Source of the DNA: an uncultured Methylomirabilota bacterium
GTDB taxonomy: Bacteria > Methylomirabilota > Methylomirabilia > Methylomirabilales > 2-02-FULL-66-22
NCBI GenBank assembly: GCA_963845565.1
Contig: CAWJSJ010000002.1
Span: forward strand, 2,016,001-2,080,000
DNA: 64,000 bases
Direction of reading: 5' to 3'
A program made the translations under genes and the position numbers. The notes below the pieces were generated by a model. That model saw nothing but the letters and a program-made list of their open reading frames with translations, was not told the DNA's origin and ran no database searches. How positions within the stretch are numbered: the stretch's first letter is position 1; each line of letters opens with the position of its first letter. Below, piece by piece: positions 23,651-33,641 of the stretch.

Positions 23651-25384
23651 ATGAACTGGCAGTTGACGGAGAAGGCGCGAAAGCGCTTGGCGGCGGAGAC
23701 GGGCGCAGTCGTCAAAGACTGGGGCGGCCGCCTGCGGGTGGCGCTGGTCTTCCCCAACACCTATTACGTGGGGATGTCCAACCTTGGTTTCCAGACGATC
23801 TACGGGGTCCTCAATCGGCGGCCCGAGATTGTCTGCGAGCGGGCGTTCCTGCCGGACCCGGACGACCTTCCGATCCACGAAGGGCATCGGGTCCCAGTCC
23901 TGAGCCTGGAAACCCAGCGGCCCCTCTCAGAGTTCGATTGCGTTGCGTTCTCTACCACCTACGAGAACGACTACCTGAATCTCCTCCGGATCCTGGAGCT
24001 TTCGGGGATTCCGGTCCAGGCGCAGGATCGGGGTCCGGGTGATCCGCTGGTCAGCATGGGCGGCGTGTGCGCCTGGGCCAATCCCGAGCCGCTGGCCGCC
24101 TTCATGGACTGGTTCTTTCTGGGGGAGGGAGAGGAGTCCGGGCCCGAGGCGTTCGCGCTCTGGCAGCGAGTGCGGGAGGCGGAGCGCGATCCGGCGTCGG
24201 CTCGGCAGGCGTTCTTTCGGGCACTCCTCGGCGTGGAGGGCATCTACGTCCCCGCGGCCTACGAGGTTCGGTATCGCGGCGACGGCACGGTGGCGGAGGT
24301 TGTGCCTCGGGAGGGCGCGCCCCTGCCGGTCCGGAAGCGGCGGCTCGCGCAAGCGGACGCGTTCGACACCGTGTCGGTGATCCGAACGCAGGACACCGAG
24401 TTCGGCTCCATGGGGCTCCTGGAAGTGGGGAAGGGCTGCGGCCGGGGCTGCCGCTTCTGCATGGAGGGAGAGATCTACCGCCCCGTCCGGCACCGCCACA
24501 TCCCGGCCATCCTGCGCGCCGCCGAGACGGCCAAGCAGCACGGGTCCCGGATCGGCCTGGTGGGGGCCTGCGTGTCCGACTACCCGTGGATCGACGAGTT
24601 GGTCGCTGCGCTGCGGGCGCGTGGGGTGAGCATCTCGCTCTCGTCGGTGCGGGCCGACAGTCTGAGCCCGGGCCTCGTCAAGGGATTGCTGGAGAGCGGC
24701 ACCCAGACGCTTACCATCGCGCCCGAGGCTGGGACGGAGCGCCTCCGGACGGTCATTCACAAGAGCCTGAGCGAACAGCGCCTGTTCGAGGCGATCGACC
24801 TGATTGCCGCGTCCGGCGTCCCACGGGTGAAGCTCTACTTCATGATCGGCCAGCCGACCGAGACGGCGGAGGACGTCGAGGGCATCATGCACCTGGCCAA
24901 GACCGCACGGCACCGCATCCTCAAGGCGCGGCGCGATCCCGCGTCGCTGGCGGAGCTCACGGTGGGGGTCAGCTCCTTCGTCCCCAAGCCCTGGACCGCA
25001 TTTCAGTGGTGCGCCATGGCGGACGTGAAGGCGCTGGACGAGAAGATCCGGACGCTGACGCGGGAACTGCGCCCCGTGGGGATCCACCTCACCCACGACG
25101 TTCCCAAGTGGGCCTATCTCCAAGGGGTCCTGGCGCGGGGCGACCGACAGGTCGGGGAGCTGCTCCTGCTGGCTCTGGCGTACAAGGGGGACTGGCGGCG
25201 GGCGTTCCGCGAATGGCCGCGAAACCCGGACTTCTACGCATGTCGGGAGCGCCCGCTGTCGGAGCGGTTTCCCTGGGATCATTTCGACGTCGGGACGAAG
25301 CGGGATCGGCTGGAGACGGAGTACCAACGGGCGATGGGGCTTGTGCCCGAGCGGACGATCCAGTGGAAGGCGGCGCTGGCATGA
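23651..25384 (+). CDS. B12-binding-type radical SAM protein (TIGR03960-like N-terminal part)
   Basis: YYVGMSNLG, CERAFLP, CGRGCRFC, APEAGTERLR, FVPKPWT. Confidence 0.88.
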   Translation: MNWQLTEKARKRLAAETGAVVKDWGGRLRVALVFPNTYYVGMSNLGFQTIYGVLNRRPEIVCERAFLPDPDDLPIHEGHRVPVLSLETQRPLSEFDCVAFSTTYENDYLNLLRILELSGIPVQAQDRGPGDPLVSMGGVCAWANPEPLAAFMDWFFLGEGEESGPEAFALWQRVREAERDPASARQAFFRALLGVEGIYVPAAYEVRYRGDGTVAEVVPREGAPLPVRKRRLAQADAFDTVSVIRTQDTEFGSMGLLEVGKGCGRGCRFCMEGEIYRPVRHRHIPAILRAAETAKQHGSRIGLVGACVSDYPWIDELVAALRARGVSISLSSVRADSLSPGLVKGLLESGTQTLTIAPEAGTERLRTVIHKSLSEQRLFEAIDLIAASGVPRVKLYFMIGQPTETAEDVEGIMHLAKTARHRILKARRDPASLAELTVGVSSFVPKPWTAFQWCAMADVKALDEKIRTLTRELRPVGIHLTHDVPKWAYLQGVLARGDRQVGELLLLALAYKGDWRRAFREWPRNPDFYACRERPLSERFPWDHFDVGTKRDRLETEYQRAMGLVPERTIQWKAALA

Positions 25385-26232
25385 CGGACGCGAGGGTTCG
25401 AGCAATGGGCGCGGCGACCGTGATGCAAGCGGCGATCCTGGATTCATCGGACGGAATCGTCCATGCCTTCAGCACCAGGCAAGGCGGGGTGAGCAAGCCG
25501 CCCTTTGCGGCGCTCAACCTGGGGCAGAGCGTGGGCGACGACCCGGTGGCGGTGGAGGAGAACCGGCGGCGGTTCTTTGGCGGCTTCGGCATCGCCGCCA
25601 CGCGCGTCGTTCGAGCGAAACAGGTCCACGGGGACGGCGTCCTGCGGGTGGACGCGGAGCTCGTCGGGCGAACGGGTTTCCCGCGCTCCCTTGTGGACGA
25701 GCCGGCCGAATTCGACGCGCTGATCACCAACGTGCCAGGTTTGGCCCTGGTCGTCTCCACGGCGGATTGCCTGCCGATCCTGATCCATGACCCGATCCGC
25801 CGGGCAGTGGCGGCGGTCCACGCCGGATGGCGCGGGACGGCTAAAGGAATTGCGGCGCGGGCGCTCGTGGCGATGGGCGAGGCATACGGGACGGACGCCG
25901 GCGATTGCCGCGCGGCGATCGGGCCCGGGATTCGTCGCTGCTGTTTCGAGGTGGATGCCGCCGTGACCGAGGCGATGGCCGCCGCCCTGCCAAACTGGGG
26001 ACGGCACGCGACGGCGAACCGGGCCGGCCACTGGCTGCTGGATATCGCCGGGATCAACCGGGCGCTCCTGGAATCGGCCGGGCTTCGCCCCGACCGGATC
26101 GAGGACGTGGGCCTGTGCACGAGTTGCCGAAACGATCTGTTCTTCTCGCACCGGGCGGAAAAAGGGCGAACCGGACGGATGATGAATTTCATCTTGCTCA
26201 AGGAAGAAGAGGACCGACAGGGGCAGCGATAG
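25381..26232 (+). CDS. pgeF: PgeF/YfiH purine nucleoside phosphorylase-laccase domain protein
   Basis: [36 protein letters not shown]. Start may be at 25423. Confidence 0.92.
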   Translation: MTDARVRAMGAATVMQAAILDSSDGIVHAFSTRQGGVSKPPFAALNLGQSVGDDPVAVEENRRRFFGGFGIAATRVVRAKQVHGDGVLRVDAELVGRTGFPRSLVDEPAEFDALITNVPGLALVVSTADCLPILIHDPIRRAVAAVHAGWRGTAKGIAARALVAMGEAYGTDAGDCRAAIGPGIRRCCFEVDAAVTEAMAAALPNWGRHATANRAGHWLLDIAGINRALLESAGLRPDRIEDVGLCTSCRNDLFFSHRAEKGRTGRMMNFILLKEEEDRQGQR

Positions 26233-26314
26233 CGGCACGAAACAGGACGGGGAAGGGGTTGACCCAGACCGGTGTTCGCTGTCGGGTCTCTCTGTCACCC
26301 CGCGGGAGGACACC

Positions 26315-27268
26315 ATGCTGATCAAGCGCGCGCCGATGTTCAAGGCGTCCGAAATCACGGACTACCGGTTGTACCTCAATCGTCGGGAGTTCATGCTGGG
26401 GGCGGCCGCCCTGGCCCTGACGCCGTCGGTGGCGTCGGCGGGCGCGGCACCGGCTGCGGGGCAGCCATTGAAAGCGGCGAAGAACGAGAAGTTTAGCCTG
26501 TCCGAGAAGATGACCTCCTTCAAGGAGGCGACCACGTATAACAACTTCTACGAGTTCGGCGTCGACAAGGAGGACCCGGTCAGGTACGCGCACATGCTCA
26601 AGCCGCGCCCCTGGACGGTCCAGGTGGACGGCCTGGTCCACAAGCCCAAGAAGTACGACATCGAGGAGATCCTCCGGTTTCCCCTGGAGGAGCGGGTCTA
26701 CTCGCTCCGGTGCGTCGAGGCATGGTCCATGGTGATTCCGTGGATCGGTTTTCCACTGGCCCTCCTCCTCAAGCAGGTGGAACCCACGGGCAAGGCCAAG
26801 TTCGTGGAGTTCACGACGCTCAAGGACCCGGAGCAATTCCCGGGGCAGAAGCCGAACCTCTTCGGTGGGTCTGCGGTCGAGTGGCCGTACGTGGAGGGCC
26901 TCCGGCTGGATGAGGCGATGCACCCGCTGACGCTGCTCACGGTCGGGATGTACGGCCAGGTCCTGCCGAACCAGAACGGCGCGCCGCTCCGCATCGTCGT
27001 GCCGTGGAAATACGGCTTCAAGAGCGGCAAGTCGCTGGTACACATCCGTCTGACCGAGGAGCAACCCAAGACGGCGTGGGAGAAGGCGGCGCCGCAGGAG
27101 TACGGGTTTTACTCCAACGTCAACCCGACCGTGGATCACCCGCGCTGGAGCCAGGCGACGGAGCGACGGATCGGCGAGTTCATGCGGCGCAAGACGCTCA
27201 TGTTCAACGGTTACGCCGACCAGGTCGCGTCGCTGTACGCGGGGATGGATCTGAAGAAGAACTACTGA
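26315..27268 (+). CDS. msrP: protein-methionine-sulfoxide reductase catalytic subunit
   Basis: Tat signal [29 protein letters not shown]. Confidence 0.97.
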   Translation: MLIKRAPMFKASEITDYRLYLNRREFMLGAAALALTPSVASAGAAPAAGQPLKAAKNEKFSLSEKMTSFKEATTYNNFYEFGVDKEDPVRYAHMLKPRPWTVQVDGLVHKPKKYDIEEILRFPLEERVYSLRCVEAWSMVIPWIGFPLALLLKQVEPTGKAKFVEFTTLKDPEQFPGQKPNLFGGSAVEWPYVEGLRLDEAMHPLTLLTVGMYGQVLPNQNGAPLRIVVPWKYGFKSGKSLVHIRLTEEQPKTAWEKAAPQEYGFYSNVNPTVDHPRWSQATERRIGEFMRRKTLMFNGYADQVASLYAGMDLKKNY

Positions 27269-27425
27269 CCAGCGGGCAGGGAGCAGCAGCCAGGAGGCAG
27301 CGGGCGGCGCATCAGCAGAGAGGACATCGAATGATGGCGAGCCGCGAGCCGCGAGCCGCGAAGGAATGCCCGGCGCCGAGCGCCAAGCGCCGGAACGCGA
27401 GCCGGAGGCGGGAGGGCGCTTCCGC

Positions 27426-28061
27426 ATGAGCCGCCGCGGACGCATCGCGCTAAAGGCGATCGCATGGGTACTCTGTCTCCTGCCGCTCGCGGTGTTGATC
27501 CATCTTGCCGTGCAGGGCGAGTTGGGGGCGAACCCGATCAGTTTTGTCACCAACTGGCTCGGGCAATGGACGTTCCGGCTGCTCCTGGTCAGCCTGGCCC
27601 TCACGCCGCTTCGCATCCTGTTCGGCCTTGCCTGGCCGCTCCAGCTCCGCCGCTTGGTCGGTCTTTTTGCCTTCTGCTACGCGTGCCTCCACCTCAGCGT
27701 CTGGGTCGTTCTCGACCACTACTTCGACTGGGGCGAGATGTGGACCGACCTCCTCAAGCGCCGCTACATCACAGCCGGGATGGCGGCGCTGACCCTTCTC
27801 GTGCCGCTGGCCGCGACCTCCACCGGGGGCATGGTGCGCCGGTTAGGCGGCGCGGCCTGGCGACGTCTCCACAGGCTCGTCTATCTCGTCGCCGTTCTGG
27901 CGGCGCTCCACTTCCTCTGGCTGGCCAAGGCGGTCCGTTCCGAGCAATACGTGTACGCCGCGATCGTGGCGCTGCTCCTCGGGATCCGACTCTGGGATTC
28001 CGTGCGTCGCCGACTCCGGCGACGCCGGGTTCCCGTAACAACGCGCCCCTCTCCCGCCTGA
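27426..28061 (+). CDS. msrQ: MsrQ heme-binding membrane subunit
   Basis: GANPI, LRRLVGL..F.YACLH, WRRLHRLVY; follows msrP. Confidence 0.93.
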   Translation: MSRRGRIALKAIAWVLCLLPLAVLIHLAVQGELGANPISFVTNWLGQWTFRLLLVSLALTPLRILFGLAWPLQLRRLVGLFAFCYACLHLSVWVVLDHYFDWGEMWTDLLKRRYITAGMAALTLLVPLAATSTGGMVRRLGGAAWRRLHRLVYLVAVLAALHFLWLAKAVRSEQYVYAAIVALLLGIRLWDSVRRRLRRRRVPVTTRPSPA

Positions 28062-28132
28062 CGTTCGGATTGACCCTCCAGTACCCGATTCGGCCCCGTT
28101 CGTCCGCCCCATACAACCCGCCATACTGGCGA

Positions 28133-28161
28133 TTGACAATACTAATGCATAACGTTAGTAT
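28133..28161 (+). promoter_or_regulatory. higBA promoter with palindromic operator
   Basis: TTGACA-17 nt-TAGTAT; ATACTAATG...CGTTAGTAT palindrome spans the spacer and -10. Confidence 0.75.
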
Positions 28162-28167
28162 CCGTTT

Positions 28168-28449
28168 ATGCCGATCCGTTCGTTCAAGTGCGCCGATACA
28201 CAAGGCCTGTTTGGCGGCGAACGCGTCAAGCGGTTCGTGAGTATCGAGCCCGTGGCTATGCGCAAGCTGGCAATGCTGAACCAGGTCGGAAGACTCGAGG
28301 ACCTACGCGTGCCGCCAGGTAACCGGTTGGAGGTCTTGAAAGGCGACCGCACCGGGCAGTACAGCATCCGTGTCAACGACCAGTTCCGCGTATGCTTTGT
28401 GTGGACGACGAATGGCCCGAAGGGCGTTGAGATCGTGGACTACCACTGA
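28168..28449 (+). CDS. higB: HigB (RelE-family) toxin
   Basis: LRVPPGNRLEVLKGDRTGQYSIRVNDQFRVCF...VEIVDYH. Confidence 0.95.
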   Translation: MPIRSFKCADTQGLFGGERVKRFVSIEPVAMRKLAMLNQVGRLEDLRVPPGNRLEVLKGDRTGQYSIRVNDQFRVCFVWTTNGPKGVEIVDYH

Positions 28450-28460
28450 TGGGGGTCATC

Positions 28461-28777
28461 ATGCGCAAAGTTCCCTACCCGCACCCCGGTGAAATTCTGC
28501 TGGAAGAATTCCTGAAGCCCATGGGCATCACGCAGTACCGGCTGGCCAAGGAGGTAGGTGTGCCGCAACGCCGCATCGGCGAGATCGTGACCGGCGCGCG
28601 TGGCGTCAGCGCCGATCAGGCCTGCGTCTGTCGCGATTCTTCGGTATGTCCGATGATTTCTGGATCGGCCTGCAGATGGACTACGATGCGGCCAAGGCCA
28701 AGGATTCCCTCGCCAAGACGCTGGCGAGTATCAAGCCGTGGACCCGGGGCGCGGTTCATTCGAAAACCCCGGCCTAG
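28461..28777 (+). CDS. higA: HigA antitoxin (frameshift near 28617)
   Basis: HPGEILLEEFLKPMGITQYRLAK; shifted frame GLRLSRFFGMSDDFWIGLQMDYD ends at TAG 28777. Confidence 0.9.
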
Positions 28778-28834
28778 CCAGCGCCTCGAGCCGATGGCGC
28801 TGCGGGCTCCGACTTAGCCGCCGCATCGTTGGTG
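28772..28834 (+). other. degenerate attC-like site
   Basis: GCCTAGC (contains higA stop) cagcgcctcgagccga...gacttagccgccgcatc GTTGGTG. Confidence 0.45.
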
Positions 28835-28864
28835 CGAGTCATAGAGGCAAGAGGGTCGTTACCG

Positions 28865-29107
28865 GTGAAAACAACCAAGTATTTTGAGTATATGCGGCAG
28901 AGGCCCGACCGGGCTATAATCCAGGAAGAGTGGATATCGCGTGTGATCGAGCACGCTGAGCACACGGAACTGCAGTCGGACCGAAGAGTACGGAAGTGGG
29001 CATGGATTCCGGAAGCTGGCAAGTATCTGCGAGTGATTCTCCTCGATGATGGCGAAACGGTCCACAATGCCTTCTTCGACAGGTCGTACAAGGAGAAGTC
29101 CCTATGA
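28865..29107 (+). CDS. putative RelE/DUF4258-like toxin
   Basis: RPDRAIIQEEWI...KYLRVILLDDGETVHNAFFDR; overlaps the downstream DUF2283 gene (ATGA). Confidence 0.75.
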   Translation: MKTTKYFEYMRQRPDRAIIQEEWISRVIEHAEHTELQSDRRVRKWAWIPEAGKYLRVILLDDGETVHNAFFDRSYKEKSL

Positions 29108-29328
29108 AAGTCCGATTCTTTTCAGATACCGATACGGCCCTGGTTGAGTTCACCAATAACGAGGTCGCCGAGACAAAGGAGATCGGCGAGAACATCTTCC
29201 TCGACCTCGACCGCCAGGGCAACCTCGTGAGCATGACGATAGAGCATGCCCGGACCAATGCCAGGCTGCAGGAGTTCTCTTACCAGGAAGTAGCAGGCCA
29301 AGCGCAGAGCCGCCAGACCACCGCGTGA
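29104..29328 (+). CDS. DUF2283-family putative antitoxin
   Basis: MKVRFFSDTDTALVEF...FLDLDRQGNLVSMTIEHA. Confidence 0.85.
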   Translation: MKVRFFSDTDTALVEFTNNEVAETKEIGENIFLDLDRQGNLVSMTIEHARTNARLQEFSYQEVAGQAQSRQTTA

Positions 29329-29361
29329 ACCAGCCGCTCGGGGACAATCTAGTCGCTCCCC

Positions 29362-29780
29362 TCAGCCTTTTTCCGCCGAGGACTTTCGGCCCTGCTCCGC
29401 GAGGAGCTTTTGCAGATCCGCGAGCGACTTGGATTGCGAGGAGCCTTCAATCGCCTTCTCGGCAATTTCCTGGACCTTTTGGTACGCGGACTCGAGTTGC
29501 TTGGACAGCTTCGCGCTCTGGTCGCTTAGGTCCTTGTTCATCTTTTCCAGCGCGTCGGTGCGCGCCGCAAAGACGTTGCGTTCGCCCTCGAATTCCTTAC
29601 GAAGCAACTCCTCGCAATTCTTGGCCTCCAGCTTCAGCCGGTCGGCCACCTCCTTGACCGCTTTGTCCACCGCGGATTCCAACTCCTTCGGGAAAAGCGC
29701 GGCCCGCTGTCTGAAATCGGTCACCTCTTTCTCGTGCACGGCCACAGCCTTCTCCCGCTCGGCCAGTTCCTTCACGGTAT
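29362..29780 (-). pseudogene. C-terminal fragment of a coiled-coil protein
   Basis: KELAEREK...FPKELESAVDKAVKE...YQKVQEIAEKAIEG; no credible 5' half. Confidence 0.55.
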
Positions 29781-29801
29781 CCCCGGAACCCCAACAGGTG
29801 C

Positions 29802-30284
29802 TCAGGGCGCCGACGTGTCTGTCATTTCGAGCGCGGTGGAAATGTCGATGCAACCGCGCAAACTCCGCGCGACCGGACAATTCTCCGCGTGGAATCCGAG
29901 CACCCGTTCGGCCGTCTCGCGCCGCGCCGGATCCAGCGTCAGGTGGTAGGTCACATGGATCCGACGGATGATCAGCACCTTTCCGTCGAGCTCGACTTCT
30001 CCCGTCGCGTCCGAGGTCAGCAGTCCCTCCCCGGCTGGGATCCCGCGCGCCTCCAGCGCGCCCCCGAAGGTGCCAGTGAGTCACCCGGCGGCGGCCGCCA
30101 CGATGTAATCCAGCGTAGCGGCGCGAGGGGCGTGGACGCTCGGGTCGACCCCATAGTGCTGGGCAATCGCCGAGTGGACCCCAAAGAGGACCGGCCGCTC
30201 CTCGGCCGGCAGGTAGGCCCGGCGCAGGGGTCCCTTTACGCGCTCGATGCGTACCGTGGATCGATAGGCCACCGGATCGCTCAT
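29802..30284 (-). CDS. OsmC-like peroxiredoxin, putative selenoprotein (Sec68)
   Basis: GAGGAG RBS; one frame ...DYIVAAAAG-UGA-LTGTFGGALEARGI...IRRIHVTYHL...HAENCPVARSL...TSAP*; 160 aa with readthrough. Confidence 0.85.
30045..30080 (-). promoter_or_regulatory. candidate bacterial SECIS element
   Basis: After the UGA: CUCACUGGCACCUUCGGGG GCGCGC UGGAG GCGCGC; apical G-containing loop ~26 nt from the UGA. Confidence 0.55.
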
Positions 30285-30429
30285 CGTATTCTCCTCACTA
30301 TTCGGGGTTGATCGCCGGGCCGCTGCATGACCCGTGGTGCCAATGGTGGCGCTCGCTTTCTTGTGACCGGAGGGTGCGCCGGTACATCCGTATCCACTCT
30401 GCAATCGCGCGATGCCGTCTCTGCCACCG

Positions 30430-31728
30430 TCACATCAACGACGGCAACCAGAGCGCGATCGATGGAACGGCCGTGAGCAGGAGGACGACACAAAGGCAGA
30501 TGATCACGAACGGGGTCACGCCGCGGAAGATGTCGATCATCGGGACATCGGGGGCGATCTTGGCCATGACGAAGACGTTCAGGCCGATGGGCGGCGTGAG
30601 CATGGCGACCTCCTGCATCAGCGTCATGTACACCCCGAACCAGATCGGATCGAAGCCCAGGGATTTCACGACCGGAAAGACGAAGGGCAGCGTGAGCACG
30701 ATCATCCCCAGGGTGTCCAGGATCATCCCCAGGAAGATGTACATGATGGTGAAGAAGAAGAGGATGACGTATGGGTTCAGCGATTGGCGGGTGATGAAAT
30801 TGACCATGGCGGGCGTGACGTCGGTCTGGGCCAGCAGGCGGCTCATGAGGACGCCGGAGAAGAGGATGGCATAGATCATGGCGCTCACGCTGCCGGTCTG
30901 TTGCAGCGTGGTCTTGAGGTTCTGCCAGGTCAGGCGTCCCATGCAGAGGGCGACCACGACCACCGAGACTGCACCGATGGCGGAGGCCTCGGTGGGGGTA
31001 AAGACGCCCCCGTAGATCCCGCCCAGGATGGTGGCGAAGACGATCAGCGTGGGCAGCAACCGGAGTAGCGAGCGAGTGCGTTCACCCCAGGGGTACGCCG
31101 GGCCGGCAGGGCCCATCTGGGGGCTGATCAGACAGCGCACCACGATCCACCCGCAGAAGCCGATGGTCAACAGCAGGCCGGGAAGAATGCCGGCGATGAA
31201 GAGCTTGCCCACGGACGTCTCCGTCCACAGGCCGTATACGACCATCGGGATGCTGGGCGGAATCATGATGGCCAACGTCCCGGCGGAGGAGAGCGATCCC
31301 GTGGCGAGCCGATTGTCGTAGCCGTAACGCCTCATCTCCGGCATCACCATCGCCCCCATGGTAGCCACCGCGGCCACGCTGGAACCGGTGATGGCGCCAA
31401 AGGCCGCCGAGGCGATGGTGGCGGTGACGGCGATGCCTCCGGGCAGTCGCCCGAACCACTTGTACACGCAGTCGTACAGGTCGGACGCGATCCGGGTGTG
31501 AAAGGCGAGTTGGCCGACGAAGACGAACAGGGGGACGGCGATCAGCAAGAAGTTCGTTCCCATTTCCCAGGTGATCAGGAACGTCTGCATGGCCGTCTGC
31601 TGCCAGCCGACCAGAAGCACGTTGCCCACCACCGCCACGCCCACCAGGGCGTAGGCGATTGGCACCCCCAGGAACGTCAGGGCGATCATCGCGAGCAGGG
31701 CGATCGTTCCGGCGATCAGGGGGTCCAT
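30430..31728 (-). CDS. dctM: TRAP transporter large permease DctM
   Basis: FGAITGSSVAAVATMG, GTLAIMIPPSI, GVFTPTEA, TPPIGLNVF. Confidence 0.95.
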   Translation of the reverse strand: MDPLIAGTIALLAMIALTFLGVPIAYALVGVAVVGNVLLVGWQQTAMQTFLITWEMGTNFLLIAVPLFVFVGQLAFHTRIASDLYDCVYKWFGRLPGGIAVTATIASAAFGAITGSSVAAVATMGAMVMPEMRRYGYDNRLATGSLSSAGTLAIMIPPSIPMVVYGLWTETSVGKLFIAGILPGLLLTIGFCGWIVVRCLISPQMGPAGPAYPWGERTRSLLRLLPTLIVFATILGGIYGGVFTPTEASAIGAVSVVVVALCMGRLTWQNLKTTLQQTGSVSAMIYAILFSGVLMSRLLAQTDVTPAMVNFITRQSLNPYVILFFFTIMYIFLGMILDTLGMIVLTLPFVFPVVKSLGFDPIWFGVYMTLMQEVAMLTPPIGLNVFVMAKIAPDVPMIDIFRGVTPFVIICLCVVLLLTAVPSIALWLPSLM

Positions 31729-32246
31729 CAGATCGCCTCCTCGATGGGGGCGGCCACTGCCGGAGTGTCGGGCACGCGGCCGAAGATCTCCAGCAGGAAC
31801 CGAACGGTCAGGATGAGGCCGCACAGTCCCATGAAGAGGGCGAAGGGCCAATACGGCAGGTTGATCATCTCGGCGCCCTGGTTGAAACGATACATCTCCA
31901 GGGTGCTGGCGAAGGACTGATAGGTGAAGAAGGTGGCAAACACGAATCCGCAGAGGTTCGCGACGATGTCCGTGGCCCGCTTCAATCGGGGTCCGAACCG
32001 CACATAGAGCGCGTCCATCCGGACGTGCCCCCGCTGTTCGGTGCAGAGGTTCAGACTTCCGACCAGGACGGCGAGCTGGATGAGGGCGCTGACCTCGTTC
32101 CCCCACCGCAGGGGTCTATTGGCGAGGTAGCGCAGCACGACGTCGGTGCTGATGATGAGGATGAGCGCCGGGATCCCAGCGTAGACCCCGACCAAATGGA
32201 GCACCCCGGACAGCCGACTCGTGCCGCGGAGCAACAGGGTGCCCAT
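31728..32246 (-). CDS. dctQ: TRAP transporter small permease DctQ
   Basis: DVVLRY..NRPLRWGNEV, GHVRMD; 4 TM. Confidence 0.9.
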   Translation of the reverse strand: MGTLLLRGTSRLSGVLHLVGVYAGIPALILIISTDVVLRYLANRPLRWGNEVSALIQLAVLVGSLNLCTEQRGHVRMDALYVRFGPRLKRATDIVANLCGFVFATFFTYQSFASTLEMYRFNQGAEMINLPYWPFALFMGLCGLILTVRFLLEIFGRVPDTPAVAAPIEEAI

Positions 32247-32336
32247 GCGTTTCCGTTCCTCTCCGATATCGGGGCGGAAAATCGAACGCCTGGCCCTGCG
32301 ACCGGACCAGGCGTTCGGCGGTATGTGCGCGGTCGC

Positions 32337-33479
32337 TCAGAAGTCGATGATGCCCTTGACCGGCTCCTCGATGATCAGATTGAAGATCTGGTTGTCGCTC
32401 ATTCCGTTGTACTTGGCGGTGAGCCGCTCGATGTCGGCGAGGAGCGCCTTGGTCGGCCCGTCCGCCTCGTGCTTCGCCGCCCACTTGTCCACCAGTGGCT
32501 TGAGCGCCGCCTTCCAGCGCGCCATCTCGTCGGGTGCCAGCCTGATCATCTCGACCCTATTCTCGGCGTACTTGGCCTGCGCCTCCTTCTTGAAGTCCAC
32601 ACCGATCCGCTTGGCGACGGCGAACGCTATGCGCTGCTGGTAATCGTAGAACGTCTGCTTCAGATCCTTGGGCAACGCCGCAAAGCTCTTGGTGTTGATG
32701 CACGTGTCGATCTTCTGGGCGGACAACCCGAGGGTGGTGTGATACTTCGCCAGCTCGTAGATCTTGTAGGGGACGAACCCCGGGTCCACCCACAGGACCG
32801 CGTCCACGACCCCCTGCTGGAGCGAGGTGTAGATGTCAGGGAAGGGGACGTTGACGATCACGGCGCCCAGGGCATCGGCCACCTCGGGCTCGAATCCTTG
32901 CACGATGACCTTCAGCCCCTTCATGTCCTCGAGCTTCCGGATGGGCTTCTTGCTCATGATGTCCGCCGCGCCCACCAGGACCTGGTAGCCGAAGTGGATG
33001 CCCTGCTTGTCGTATTCGGGCTTGAAATACTTGGGGGCCAGCTCCGACGTGATACGCACGCCGGCCAGGGGGTTGCTGGGCGTCACGAAGGGCAGCTCGA
33101 ACACCTTGCTCAGCGGGAACCCGCGGGCCTCGGACGCCACGAAGCAGGTGGCGTAATCCGAGATGTTGGAGCGGACCGCCTTGAAGCCGTCCCGTGGGCC
33201 GTGCAGCGTTCCGGCGCCAAACTCCTTCAGGGTGAGCTTGTTGTTGGTGGCCTGCTGGAGCCAGGTCATGCCGCTCCGCCAGATGGGCGGCACCAGGGAC
33301 GCCGGCGGGTTCGGGTGCGAGAACTTGAGCTGGATGGGCTCGCCGGCATAGGCGATCTTGGGTTCGGCGGCCGGGATCTTCCGGTTGAACCAGTCATCCA
33401 CCATGTCGGCGGACACCGTCATGGGGGAAAGCGCGCCGCAAAGCAGGAGTACCGCCGCGATCTTTGCAATGAACCTCAT
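32337..33479 (-). CDS. dctP: TRAP substrate-binding protein DctP
   Basis: Signal peptide, FELPF, KPIRKLEDMKGLK, IYTSLQQGVVD. Confidence 0.92.
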   Translation of the reverse strand: MRFIAKIAAVLLLCGALSPMTVSADMVDDWFNRKIPAAEPKIAYAGEPIQLKFSHPNPPASLVPPIWRSGMTWLQQATNNKLTLKEFGAGTLHGPRDGFKAVRSNISDYATCFVASEARGFPLSKVFELPFVTPSNPLAGVRITSELAPKYFKPEYDKQGIHFGYQVLVGAADIMSKKPIRKLEDMKGLKVIVQGFEPEVADALGAVIVNVPFPDIYTSLQQGVVDAVLWVDPGFVPYKIYELAKYHTTLGLSAQKIDTCINTKSFAALPKDLKQTFYDYQQRIAFAVAKRIGVDFKKEAQAKYAENRVEMIRLAPDEMARWKAALKPLVDKWAAKHEADGPTKALLADIERLTAKYNGMSDNQIFNLIIEEPVKGIIDF

Positions 33480-33533
33480 GGCTTCCCTCGCTTCTGTGCT
33501 GTGAGTGCGCACACGCAAAGCGCCAGTTGATAG

Positions 33534-33641
33534 CCGCGTTAGGAGCCGTTACGAAATAACCTATACATCTCTTTCTATTTCGTTACGGCTCCTTATGCCG
33601 TTTCGGAATGTCTCCGCTCAACTAATTCTTTGACAACGGCT
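33534..33641 (-). mobile_element. MITE-like element family A, copy 1 (108 bp)
   Basis: Reverse complement of 42689-42796 with 2 mismatches; internal (G)AGCCGTT(N)CGAAAT inverted repeats; abuts the OsmC stop codon. Confidence 0.8.

Noticed and set aside
29362..30084. 240-aa ORF overlapping the OsmC readthrough region
   Set aside because: Its 5' half is a shadow frame of the OsmC gene. Only the coiled-coil 3' part looks protein-like.
33534..33641. Possible mini-CRISPR from repeated GCCGTT..CGAAAT units
   Set aside because: The units alternate in orientation, the spacers are the same in both copies, and there are no cas genes.
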